From NCBI GenBank assembly GCA_045837725.1, contig JBEWZL010000163.1, positions 124,001 to 188,000 on the forward strand: DNA of 64,000 nucleotides, written 5' to 3'. Position 1 is the stretch's first letter; each line of letters starts with the position of its first letter. The notes beneath the pieces were generated by a model that was not told the DNA's origin, ran no database searches, and was given only the letters and a program-made list of their open reading frames with translations. Positions 22,510 through 35,090 of this stretch are shown piece after piece. The translations under genes were made by a program, and so were the position numbers. The DNA is from Vermamoeba vermiformis. Taxonomy: Eukaryota.

Positions 22510-25500
22510 ATGCCTTGCAATATTTGGCAACTTACGATCATACTGGTTGTAATAAGCAAGACATGTTTTGCGGATGTGGCACTCAATATTTCAGCCTTGT
22601 CCTCTCCACGCGCCGGCTTTTCAGCAATCGAAGCAGGATCTAAAGTCTATTTTATTGGTGGATTTGAACATGGAGATCTGCGAGCAACGAAGACAATCGA
22701 AGTGTACGATCTGCTCACTCAGAACATGTCAACACCACTTCAACTCGACACTCCCCGTGCATATGTAACTCCAATAGTCATTGAGCCAAATATTTATTTT
22801 GTTGGTGGCCTTCAATACGACAATCCAACATTAGTTTACGATCCGGTCCCACACGAGTTCACCAATTATGGCACTGGACCGACTGTCCTGAACACAAAAG
22901 AAATATCACTTCATAACTCTCTTCTGACGATCGTTGGTACCAACGGTGTAGACATTCTTGATGTGGAAAATGGTGTTTGGCTTGATCCGTTACCCCTGCG
23001 TGATCTGCTGTCAGCCGTGGCTCAAAGTGCAATATTTGGCAGCGAAGGTCTGGTTATGGTGCTTGGAGGCGTCAATGTCACCACAGGTGTCTATTCGAGC
23101 TCAGTTTGGGTGTACAATATTTCGAGCAGCGAGATGCACGAGTACCCTGACATGTTGGCTGCTCCTTTCACACAAAGTGGTACTAGAAGCTTCGTATCTG
23201 GCGGCGTTATCGCAATACAATGCACAGAATACAATCAAGGTGTTGTGCTGGTCTATCACGTGGCACGTCGTTTGTGGCAGATAGTTTCATTGGAGAACCC
23301 GAGCGCGGTCATATCACTGCCCGACGTGACATTTATCTTCAACGACACGGCAACACTCGTCACTGTGTATTGGAATGGAACGCGTTCAACGACTAGATCT
23401 ATCGGCATGACCTTTGCACACGCCTTCATCGTCAACAATATCGCAGTGTACCTTGCAAAGCCGGTAGGTGTTGCTTCAATGGCCTTCACCATCTATGACC
23501 AGACTCGCGATGTTTGGGTAGCAACCACTCCGTTCTCGACAACACAAGTCGTTAGAAGTGTCACCCTGGCCACTTGGCACGTGATTCAAACACCTTCAAA
23601 CGTGTTGTTCGGCTACAACCCGTCGTTGAAACGTCTTCTGGCCGTAGTTGACGCTGAAATTTCGTTTGGCCCCATATTGAGCATTATCCCAGCGGAAGAT
23701 CCGGATCAAATGTACATCTTCGAGGATGGAAAGGTCACCAAAACTCAGTTCTTTAGTAACGGAACTACCAATAGTTTGATCAAGCAGCAGCCGTGCGCAA
23801 TTGTGCCACAAGCTCGTGTTGGCTCGGAATTCTTCAATGTGCAGGGCCAAGTGATGAACTTGAACAGCTGGACACAAGTCACCAATCACACGGTACCGCA
23901 GTTGGGCCAAGTCCTGTACGACAGTAACGACCAACGTTTTGTGCTCACCAATGTACCAGTGCTAGACCTCGCCAAAGTAGATTACAATCGTGTTGACATT
24001 TACAACTACGTCACTAAGCAGTGGGCCAATTCAACTGACATGCCTGAAGAACTGACAACGAGCACGACTGTGCGATGGTTCTATTCAGCGGCAGCATTGG
24101 ACAACAAGCTCGTGGTGTGGATGAACACAGTGATGGCAGTCTACGATCCAACAACGAGCCATTGGACCACGTACACGAACTACACTCAAAGCACGGGCAA
24201 CAATGCAATATCAGACATTCACATTCCTGTCCCAACAGCGCAAGGATTAGCCTTTTTGCGAACTGACAACAACACGTTGGATGTCTTTTCACCGAGCACA
24301 TTCCCTGCTTGGACCTCGACATCACCCGCACCTGAAGTCGAGCAAAGCAGCAAATACGTGTTTCAACAGTGCATCGTGCGCAACAACAGTCAGTTGTTTA
24401 TCACTAGTATCAGCATATCATCAGCTGACGTATTATACAATACGCTGTACATCTACGACGTATTGACTGGCAAGTGGAAATATGATCAGTTGCCCAATGG
24501 ACTTACCGCGACGGCAGTTCCAATCATCGTCTTTGCTGGTGACTTTTTGTTGTCGATGACCAATGGAATATTGAGCTACTTGAACTTGATCAGCAGAGAT
24601 GGACAAGATCAGATATTGCCTTTCAAATTCAGCCCCGCAATAGCACTGGAGACGAGTGCCAATGTGACGTTCATCGCTGGTGGTAGAAATCAATACGGCT
24701 CGTATTCTAATCGAATCATGATCATACCGCACAATACCATCACTATCAACCCATCTAATAGCAACATACCTACTGTACAGCCATCCGCACAAGTCGACTC
24801 GAGCCTCAGTGAAGGCGAGTTGATTGCCGCCATCCTTGTGCCGATTGGAGCAGTACTGATTGGCACAGTACTTCTCGTGTTCTTTTTGGTTCGACGAAAC
24901 AAACGAAGAAGAAGACAAGGTTCAAGCAACACAGTTGGTCTTGCAGGAAAGTACGGACAATGGTTCATTCCATTCGAGAGCGTCAAGTTCGGTGATCAAC
25001 TCGGTCAAGGAGCAAGTGGTCAAGTGTTCAAAGGCACTTGGAAAGGGACAACGGTGGCACTCAAAGTGAGCATGACACAAGCACACTCGTCAGTGATCAG
25101 TGAGCTCGAACTGATGATGCAACTCAGACCTCATCCCAATGTGATTCAGTTGTTCGGATTCAGTGTGCACCCTGAGACTGACAGCATCATCTTGGTCATC
25201 GAGTACTGCAATGGTGGATCACTCGATGACACGCTGTTTACCGACAAGCAGCCCATCTCATTGCAACAGAAGATCTCGTGGCTTGTTGGCATGGCAAAAG
25301 GTGTGGAGCACTTGCATGCAAACAATATTGTTCATCGCGACATTGCAGCACGAAACGTGTTGCTTCATCAAAACGAGCCCAAGATCACAGACTTTGGCAT
25401 GTCACGACTGATCGATGAAGACAAACAACGAGGCACAACAAAGTCAGAACTCGGACCCATTCGATGGATGGCACCTGAGTCACTCAAGAACAAAGAGTAC

Positions 25501-25801
25501 TCCAACAAGTCCGGTACGTTACTAGAGTGTCACATCCTTCAATGCTAACAGTGCCTCTGCAGACGTATGGTCGTTTGGCATCTTAATGTACGAAGTGATC
25601 GCTCGAGTTGAACCACATGCAGAAGCAGATCCAATCGAGATTGGTCGACTGATTCGCGACAACGGATTGACACCAAGTGTTCCATCTTCATGTCCTTCAG
25701 AGCTCGCACAACTGATGAAACTATGTTGGGACATGACACCTGACAAACGAGTGTCGATCGAACAGATTGTACTAAGATTAGAAGCAATGCAACGCACGTA
25801 A
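22510..25801 (+). CDS. Single-pass receptor tyrosine-kinase-like protein with a Kelch-like extracellular region
   Basis: Signal peptide, Kelch-like motifs (KVYFIGG, IYFVGG, FIAGG) and a TM helix (LIAAILVPIGAVLIGTVLLVFFLV-RRNKRRRR). Kinase motifs GQGASGQV, VALK, HRDIAARN, DFGMSR, GPIRWMAPE. One intron at about 25513-25562. Confidence 0.9.
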
Positions 25802-25999
25802 AATTCATTCAAAATCAAAGCTCTGAACAACGTAATACCTCCTGTTACTGTCCAGTAGTCGAAGCTGTTGCTGATATCAATTAGCTCTGTGATGACGGTC
25901 ATTTTCGAGAGGCAGGCAAAGTGCACCTAATGCAGGTAATTATCGGAGATGTGACAATTACATTTTTTTCAAACAAACATTTGAATAAAGGTATTTATA

Positions 26000-27164
26000 T
26001 TACAGGTTAGAGTTATGTCGATTTTGGAGTTCTTGTTGGTGCAAAAAGTACGTGGCCGCCAATCGAGTCTTGTGCTCAAAGAAGGCAGATCTGTCCTTGA
26101 AACACAGACGCGTTAGAACGACGCCAATGAATACACTAAGGATAGTATTAATAGTCGATGCTAGACCACCAATTGACGCGATGAATGAGAACGCGGCGTC
26201 GTAGGTATTTTGACGCGTGATGATGGTCGTGATGAGACTGCGCAGCTGCAGCATGAACACGAATGGATAGGTCACGCCATTGGTCGTATTGGCAGCGAGA
26301 CCTTGTGACACGGGACCAAGGTTGAGCAGTGTCGTAGGATAGCGCAACATATCGTCGCTTCGTTCTTGTGTGTAGCCCATGGAATAGAAGTAGCCTGATC
26401 GGACAACATCCATCGTGAAATTGTTCAGTGAATTGAAATCGAGAGCGGCGTGTAACATGGAGTGGTGCAGCAATTTGATCATGAATAGACGACTTTCGCT
26501 AATTGGCGGTGGTTTCACAAATTGGATCGTGAGTGTTATTAGTGGCAGCATTGTGCTCTCGACTCTCCAATTATCAAATTTTCCACCGATAGACACGCAA
26601 GCGTTGTTTAAGAACTGAATTAAGTCACCGCATGTCGATGTTTTAGCTTCTAAAGAGAAACTGCAGCTTAAAATTACTCCTGGTGGATTTACTTCCAATA
26701 CTTGTACGCTGATATAAGAAACTGATGTAGTTTGTACGTTGTCTACTGCACATATTACAAATGTTGGCGTTTGTAGTGGTTCTGGATAGAAAAGATCAGA
26801 TTCGGTTTGTTAACGTGTCAAAATTATCCTACCATTTTTGACTGCTGACGATACCGTAGGGTATGAAGTTATAGTGTTAATTAAGGTTCCAATGGTAATT
26901 GCAATCACAGAAATAACTAGTATCACCGTCAAAACTTTTTCGAACTTCTCTTTTCTTCGTCCAGTGTCATCTACAGCCTCGGGCAATGTAAATCTTTCAA
27001 TAACTGAAATCAAAATAAAATTATTAATCCAAATGCTGGCTAATGCGATCGAAGTGACACGGATCTAGTTGATCAAATCTCTTCTGAATACCTCGTGTAA
27101 TAAAGGACCTTTTCTTCGGTTTATTTTCATCTAATAAGCTGTATTTATCAACTTCCATTTCCAT
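26000..27164 (-). CDS. Two-TM membrane protein with a large extracellular or luminal loop
   Basis: TM1 VLTVILVISVIAITIGTLI, a loop of about 200 aa, then TM2 preceded by Y..AFSFIASIGGLASTI. Three exons joined by GT-AG introns. Confidence 0.6.
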
Positions 27165-27273
27165 TGTGGCCTCCGTTGAGGTCTGAAACAGATCTGGTTT
27201 TTTTTTTCTGAGTGGACTTAATGCGGAACACAACGAAACTGAAACACGCAATTTGTATTTATTGTTGTTTAAT

Positions 27274-29156
27274 ATGGACTCAGACGTACCTCCGATAGAC
27301 GAGAAGACACCATTAACAGTGAAAAGGATCAGTGGCTATGGAAGAGGATTTGGCTACCAAGTTGTTGTATTATTATGTATATCATTTTTATCGTTCGGAT
27401 CATATTTTAGCTACGATTCTATTAGTGCTTTAGAGGCTCCTCTCACTACGGTACGGCATCTGAAACTAGAAATTTATTTTTAGTTTCCAAATCGCAAATA
27501 ATTATTTTAACACTAAAATTAGACATACTTTTATAAATATCAGCTATATTCAAATATGAGAATTTTGATAAGGCGTTAATCAAAATCGAAAGAAATTCCA
27601 ATTTTCACTTACCGATTTTATTCAAATCACAGGAACTTGGCATATCTCAGTTCCAATACGGCCTGTTCTTCGCTATATATGCCTTTCCAAATATCCTTCT
27701 CGTAATCTTCGGTGGTATTTTGATCGACAAGATCGGAAACAGAAAAAGCGCGGTATTATTTTGTGCTCTGTTAGCAGTGGGCACGTTAATAGTAGCTGCT
27801 GCACCATTGCTGCGTTATTTTGGCTTTACTGCAGCTACAATATTCCCTGCTATGCTCTTTGGACGATTCATTTTTGGGTACGTCAAAATAAGATCCTTAA
27901 AACTTCCTAGTACTAATTGAGTTTATTACAGTCTAGGAGCTGAGTCATCCTATGGTACAGATATTATAGTATAGTCCTATTGTTCTAATCGAGGTTATTA
28001 GTGGTACAAAACAGCATGGCCGTGGAGTGGTTTCAAGGTCCGCATCTGAGCAAGGCGATGGCCATTACAGTCACCATCTCGCGCTTGGGGTCCATCCTCG
28101 CATTCAATGTCGAGTCTAAAATCGCGAATTATTTTGGCAATTACATTTACGCCTTGTGGTTCGGTAAGCGCCAAACTCATAATACCGAATACGAATAATA
28201 TATAATTGATTATTGTTGTTAATTATCATCATTAGCATTCATTACTTGCACGTTTTCGTTGTGTGCCGTGATCCTCTATGTGTTTTTGGATGTCTACGCG
28301 AAAAAGAAGTTCAAATTAAAGGCCAGCTATGCCTCGTTAAATGAAGCGAACAAAAGCATGACGAGTGTGATTGAGAGCGATAAGAACGCTTCGCAAGTGG
28401 ACAATTCAGTGGTGAAGGAGATTTCGTATTTTAAGAAGGTCAATCAGCTCGGACTGATGTACTGGCTCTGTTTGGCCATTGCTGTCACAATCTACACGAC
28501 TATATTTACCTTCTTGGCACAGGCGAGGTATGTCACGGCATCGCGGTGAAGAGTGTATTAACTACGACGTACTAATCACGTCATATATTTGCAGCAAATA
28601 CATTGCCCACAAGTGGGGTTACAGCGACGATGAAGCCAATGCTCGCATCAGTCTGATCGACGTTACGTCGCTGGTGATATCGCCGCTCTTTGGCTGGATC
28701 GTAGACAGCACGGGCAAGAAAGGTTGGCTCGTGCTCGTGGGCAATGTCATCGCGGTGTTGGGCTACTTTGTGATTGGTCAAACAAACTTGCCAGCTCCAT
28801 TTGGTATTGCCTTATTAGGCCTTCACTTTGCGTTGTTGCCGTCAGCCATGTGGCCAGCTGTCTCAGCCATGGCCCCGCCTGAGCTCGAAGGTCTTTCATT
28901 CGCACTCGTCAGTGCCTTCTTGAACGCCGCTCTGACTGCAGTTCAACCACTGGCTGGGTACATTGCAGACACTTCTGGCCTCGAAGGTCTTTGTACCTTC
29001 TTTGCTGGCGTTAGGTACGTTAGATACTCCGGATCTACTCACGTAAGATGACTAATAGTCTTTAGTGCCTTATCGGTAGTATTAGCGATTGTTTGGAACA
29101 TCGCTGATATGCGTCAGCGAACGCCAGTGTTGAACGTGGTAATCACGAACGATTAA
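27274..29156 (+). CDS. Major facilitator superfamily transporter, MFSD1-like
   Basis: LLCISFLSFGSYFSYDSISALE, YAFPNILLVIFGGILIDKIG, GRFIFGLGAES, SPLFGWIVDSTG. Multiple TM segments across exons. Confidence 0.85.
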
Positions 29157-29353
29157 GACCGTTGTAAATAGTTGTAAAATAGAAATTTGATCGAACACAA
29201 CACCTGATATTTTACGTTTGTTGTGAAATGAATTTTGTGAATCCTTTTGATGCATTTTTGCATCAAATTGACTTTGATCCATTGGAGGTAAGCGAGACCG
29301 GTCTCGATGCCTTTAAAAATTAAAATTGATTTAAATTTTATTTTAGGCCGAAA

Positions 29354-32139
29354 ATGCTACTCATGAAGACTATATAACAGGTACATCGTGCAAAAAATAT
29401 TTAGAGTATTTTGACAGCTGACCTATTTAATTCAGGGAAGCACATAGAGAACGAATCCGTAAACAAATTTAAATCAATGACAAACGCACCTCCAAGTCTT
29501 CTTTCATTATCAGTATTCGCAGTTTGTTCGAATTTGAATCAGAAGGCTTGTCGTACTGAACACTTTGGTGAGTCGACAAGTTACCAGATCCAATTATAAC
29601 TGCGCTACTAGAGTCAGTTCGCGAGTATTGGAACAATCATATTAAGATATTGCCTGGCAATTTGTATTCCAAAATCAAGTCTCAATGCTCTTTCTCGACA
29701 CTTTGTTGCATTTATCAAGACCAAGTTTGGGACGAGGATCCAGCCATTGTTGCCGCCAGGTAAGACTAGAGTCATTTTTAATACAATAATGAACTCACAA
29801 CACAATAGTATCAAGCAAGAAGAAGACATGTTGCGCTATTTGTACTGGAAAGATCCAACCAATCCTTTGTTGCGCCACTTTGAACAGACATTGCTCATTC
29901 AGCCATTGAAAGGAAAATACTTTGATATGTTGTGCCAACCAGCCACACCACTCACCGATACAGTACGTCACAACTCATCGAAGGAGTAGAGCGCTGCTAA
30001 CAATTCATAATTAGTTACAAAACAGCGCGGTATTTAACCCCGCAGAGCGAGAGCCATCGACTTTAGTGGATGAAAACACGTTCAAAACTAATTGGCAAAA
30101 GTTCTCGAAGGGCCTGTTGAAGGGCATGGACTGGTCTAACGTGCTCGTCGTGGGTGGCTCGGTCTTGAGCTCCATGCACAAGACACCGAACTACTCGCTA
30201 GACTCGGACATTGACGTGTATTTCTACGACATTTCACGCGAAGTAGCGCAGCAGAAGGTAATGACAGGTCGCGCGTGATGCTGTTCGCTAAAGACAATTA
30301 GGTCGAAGAGATCTATCGCCTCGCCCAGTCCAAGTGGCCCGAGCCAGTCGGCATGACTAAGACAGCCAACACTGTGACGATCATTTCACGCATTGATTGG
30401 TACAATGCAGAGAAGAACTTTGTGAACATTCAAATCATTCTGAGGTACGAAGCTACGCCCAATATACGATATTAAGTGACCAACCATTGTCGCAGCACGT
30501 ATGCCTCGCCTTTGGAAATATTGTTGTCCTCCGATATGAATTCTTGTTCTGGTAAGTGGCACAGGCATCGCCGTTCATTGATTTCTCATTCGTTGTTTTT
30601 GAAGTTGCATTTGACGGAGAGCGAGTGATTGCTATTCCTAGGTCAGTATTGAGTGACTTGTACTTTTGTCCCTGACAAATTCGACATAGATTTATCCTTG
30701 GTATGAAGTACCGCGCAAATTTCTTGGACAGCAGTACCAAGTTTGGGCCAAAACTGCGCTGGGAACGGCTGTCAAAGTACTATCAGCGAGGGTTTGACAT
30801 TGTGGCCCCTCTTCAGCTGCGCGTGCATGGTCACGGCTCATTGGGTACGCACATTTAGAGCCCGAGAACGACAACTAACTCTCGCTACTAGCCTCTGTCG
30901 ACACAATTGCCAAATCACACCCGAACACAGTGCAATTGATCGAGTTAATGAGTCTGTTGAAGTTGCGCTTGATGTGTATCACTCATGAGACTGTCACGTT
31001 TGGATTGAATCGTGAAGATGCATTTTTCAGATGGCACAGTACGGTCATATGTGTTCACGTTCAGTTCAATTGTATCTAACGACTGCTGCAGTCAAATGGA
31101 CCGCGGGAGTGCACTGCTCGACTCCGAACAACGGCCCGGCAAGAACTACCGTCGTGGATGACTTGGAACAGCTCAAAGAACAATATCCCACTCCCCCGCC
31201 ATGGGTGCTGCAATACTACGAAACGTAAGCATAATAATTACCTTGGAAATTAAACTAATCAATTATCAGGCACCAAAAGCTGCTCATGTCCACTGCGGTG
31301 CGAGAGCCTCCTCGTTACTCCGATACACGGCGAAATCTGAACGAGCTGTAAGGACGGGTCCAAGTACTTTACCTGTGGTTCTAATGTATTGTGATAGGTG
31401 GACTGGCGAGAACTTTGTCCCGCCCACCGATCCTGACAAGTGCGAGACACAGCTGAAAGAATACATTCAAAAATCTTGTCGGTTCGACTTGTACAATGAA
31501 AGTACGTCCGTGCCTCGCCCAATATGCTGTACTTATTGTATATTATCTTCAGGCTCGTTGCAGTGCTTCCATTTGAACCTGTTGGTGAACAAAGAACTCA
31601 AGTCCTCGAACCCGTATTGCGACATGAATACGAGTCTCGTCAATATGAACTATCACATGGACACCGTCATGTTTGAATTTGACAACTTCAAAGACTTTCT
31701 GTTCGGTGAGATCCAGACGCTAGAGAAGCGATTCCAACTGTTCAACCGAAATTGGTACGTTTCTTTCACCTCTTTGCAGCGACCTCGTATTGAAGTCTAA
31801 AAAAGGAAATTCACGTTGACTTACGGAAATGACGCCATCGTGTTCATGAGCTTGACGAAAGAAGAGGATGAAGCGACTACTGAGTACAATAAGGTCGCCA
31901 TGCTTGGCACTAATTTCTTGATCACATTGATCGGCCAACAAACCGTCGTATTTGGTAAGCAGTTAGCCGTGCATTGAACAACGACTGACTTCACGGCAGA
32001 TCGGTCGCATATTTTTACCGACGAGGAGCCGCATAACACATGGTTAACTTGGGTCCACAAACACTACCTGACAGAATTCACTGAATGGCACCTCACTCTG
32101 CAGATGATTGAGCCCTCGTTCGATATCACCATAATGTGA
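29354..32139 (+). CDS. Multi-exon protein with a Pol-beta-type nucleotidyltransferase-like motif
   Basis: FKTNWQKFSKGLLKGMDWSNVLVVGGSVLSSM...DSDIDVYFYD contains the hG[GS]..DxD pattern. Many short introns. Boundaries approximate. Confidence 0.6.
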
Positions 32140-32546
32140 GGCGCTGCCTGATTAAGAGGATCTAGCGCGCTCTGCATTTTTTTTCTCCGTCGTTTGATAA
32201 ACCCCTAGTCAAACCACTTCCGCGACTACATTTCATTCGTGCTGACCAACGTTGTGGAACCTGTTGCACTAATAGATGGCTCACAAACCCGAGAATATTC
32301 TACATAGCAAATCCGGCGATTTTTCGCGACAAATGACCTCTCAGGATTAATAGCCACAACTTGACATAGAATTCCCCATCTTTTCTCACAGAGAAATTTT
32401 AACGTAACCTAAAATAGTAGCATGTTATTTTTAGGTTCGTGGAACCCACGTGCTCGCCTGGTCTTGGCGAGATATAAATTTAAACGGTCGACGAATGCGT
32501 TCTATTCAATCACTAACTTTACAACAACACAACACACCTTATAACA

Positions 32547-33026
32547 ATGTCTTTGAACGGTGCTTACAAGGCTGCAGGCCACACCATCAACTCTTCGGAT
32601 GGCAACAGAACTGAACTCTCCAACATGGTTCTTCACTTCCAAAACGGCAAGGTGGCTGGTACTGGCTACTACGGTAGTGGCTCTGAATACAACGAGGCCA
32701 AGTCTACTCGGTAAGTACTCTTAACGGCTACGTGGTCTTGAAATTTAAATAATAAATTCAAATTTAATTTTCCGAAGCGAGCTAAGGCAGCTGTTATTAA
32801 TTATTCATGTCTAATATTTTTGTATTATTATAGATGGGCTGGAACCTTTGCTGGTGACCAAATCCAATTTACCGAGATTTACGGCGACAACGAAGAACAT
32901 CCCTTCTTGTACAATGGCTTCATTGATGGTCTTAAGATTTGGGGTACTTATCGCTGGACTCGCAACCACGCTGTAGGCTCGTTTGAGTTCAATCTCACTC
33001 CTGCCGCTGGCAGCAACAACTACTAA
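32547..33026 (+). CDS. Small glycine/aromatic-rich protein, probably a beta-barrel (about 118 aa, 2 exons)
   Basis: MSLNGAYKAAG...GKVAGTGYYG...|WAGTFAGDQIQFTEIYG..PFLYNGFIDGLKIWGTY..GSFEF. Strong C/T-ending codon bias. Confidence 0.7.
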
Positions 33027-33274
33027 AAGTTTTGTATTGCAGGCTGAAGCATTAAGCCTGCAATTTATGTAAAATAAATGTGATATTATCTTAACGATAG
33101 TAGTTAATGATTGTCGCAACTAGCTTTCGTTAATCACTGAATTTCATCCTGAATTCAGATCCTCGAGTGAACGGCTCCCGAACTAAAGTCTTAAGACCTG
33201 GTGATTAATTATCTTATCTAGATAGTAAGCAACTCAAGCCTAGTGGTCAACCATTTTAACAATAGTGCAACAAA

Positions 33275-33636
33275 ATGGAAACCACAACAGACCGTGAGGC
33301 TGCCTTGAGCACTTTTAGCTCTGAACACTGCAGATTAGCAGATTTAGCTGCTCAAATACACTCAGCCATCCAAGAGCACAGGAAGGCTCTCAAAGCAAAC
33401 CCTGAAGATGCAAAGTGCCGCGAAACGATAGAGCAGATGAGAGCTGAGTTTCGGCACATTCTAGAACAATCTGAAGCTGTTTTCACAAAAGTACTGGTTT
33501 AATAATTAATAAATACTGCATAAATATTTAATTAATCGTTCGACTGATCATTCTTTGCAGATTTTGGAGCTAAAGCCACTACGAAGTCCAAAATTGGAGA
33601 AGCTAAAAGCTATAGTCGAAGAAAATTGGCCCGGAA
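33275..33636 (+). CDS. Small helical/coiled-coil hypothetical protein
   Basis: ATG in an AAAATGG context, a helical ORF, a GT donor at about 33491 and an acceptor at about 33560. The 3' end is approximate. Confidence 0.45.
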
Positions 33637-33785
33637 TGAAGGTTAACTTGTGTCCGGCACACCTGCGATTCTGAAATCGATCAGGACTCATGGTTACAAA
33701 ATTAAATCGTGGACAAAATAATAAACGTTGTTTATTCTACGTCAGTCATAAAAACATACTAAGCTACAGTACCTATAGACCCACA

Positions 33786-34539
33786 ATGGCCTCGCAAATA
33801 ACACCGCAATTGTTCTTGAGCGATTACGACACGGCTACGTGCCCAGCAGTTATTGAGAGTGTAAGACAGCGTGGGGACTATATTAGTGATGCTAATCGAT
33901 GTGTAAATAGGGCAATATTACGCATATATTAACACTCGTGACTGAAGTTGAATTTAGAAAGAAAAAACGTTATGAGGACGTAAGGATCACATAAATATTT
34001 TAAAAATGTCAAAATATTTAAATTAATTCAATATTATTTAGCACATCACGCACGTATGGATTAATATTAACGACAGCGCATCTGAAGACTTACTCGCCAT
34101 TCTGGATCAATGCGTAGAGTTTATAGAGCAAGGGGTAGCGAAGGGCGGCAATGTACTCGTGCATTGGTAAGCTATACTACCATATTATAGGTCTGGTTGT
34201 TGATTATAGCTGTGTGCTGATCGGTTGTTTGGATTGGACAGCGGAGCGGGCATGAGCAGATCAGCTAGCGTGGTGCTCGCGTACATAATGAAGAGCATGA
34301 ACTACGACTATTTGACCGCACTCGACTACGTGCGCGCCAAACGGCCTATTGTGATGCCCAACTATGGATTCGAGAAACAAATTCAATTTTATCGCGAACT
34401 CGGCTTTAGCGTGAAGGGCGAAACAGAGCAGCACCAACTGTATCGCAAGTTGTGCGATGAGAATGGAAAATTCGACGTCAAGCAGTACTTCAAAGAGATT
34501 GAAGTTTACGTTTCAGATGACGATATCATGTGGTATTGA
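33786..34539 (+). CDS. Dual-specificity protein phosphatase
   Basis: SQITPQLFLSD; the spliced active site reads VLVHC|GAGMSRSASVVLAYIMK (HCxxGxSR); RAKRPIVMPNYGFEKQ. Confidence 0.9.
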
Positions 34540-35090
34540 TCGAAGTGCTTGGACTGCTTGATTAATAGCATGTTAATAATTAGCTGGCGTGTAATGTATT
34601 TTCGGAATAGTATGATGTTTAAATTGATTGAAACTAAAATACGCATTGATCGGATCGGGATCTCAAAGTATGAAACACAGAAAAAATGTTAAATATCGTA
34701 CCAGAACTAGATAATATGAATATATATCGTTATGATCGTGGCTCCGATAAATAAGCTTATTGAATTTCAAGATCGTAATAAATCGACTTGCGCGTGCTAG
34801 ATTTGTTACTAGCATTTTATTAAGCCTCACTCATACCTTATCGTATTGAAGATACTATAAAGAGGCAAATAAACTGAATTCAATTGAGTTCCATGCAGTC
34901 TTTGAATTTCAAAATCAGCTTGTGAATTTTTTATCCTTTTTGCCTTTGTTCAGGACATTTCGTCTCATTCTTGCCTTCGTCAGCACGTCAATACTACACG
35001 ACTCGTATTCTGTGCTTTGGAACCACTTTGCGCGACACATCCGCACGATACCTCTTCATTAAACAAGACGAAATCCAACTAATTTGAATC

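Noticed and set aside
21831-26291. Direct repeats of about 430 bp as LTRs of a retroelement
   Set aside because: The repeats derive from a host coding exon, I saw no TG...CA ends or PBS/PPT, and they enclose a kinase gene rather than gag/pol.
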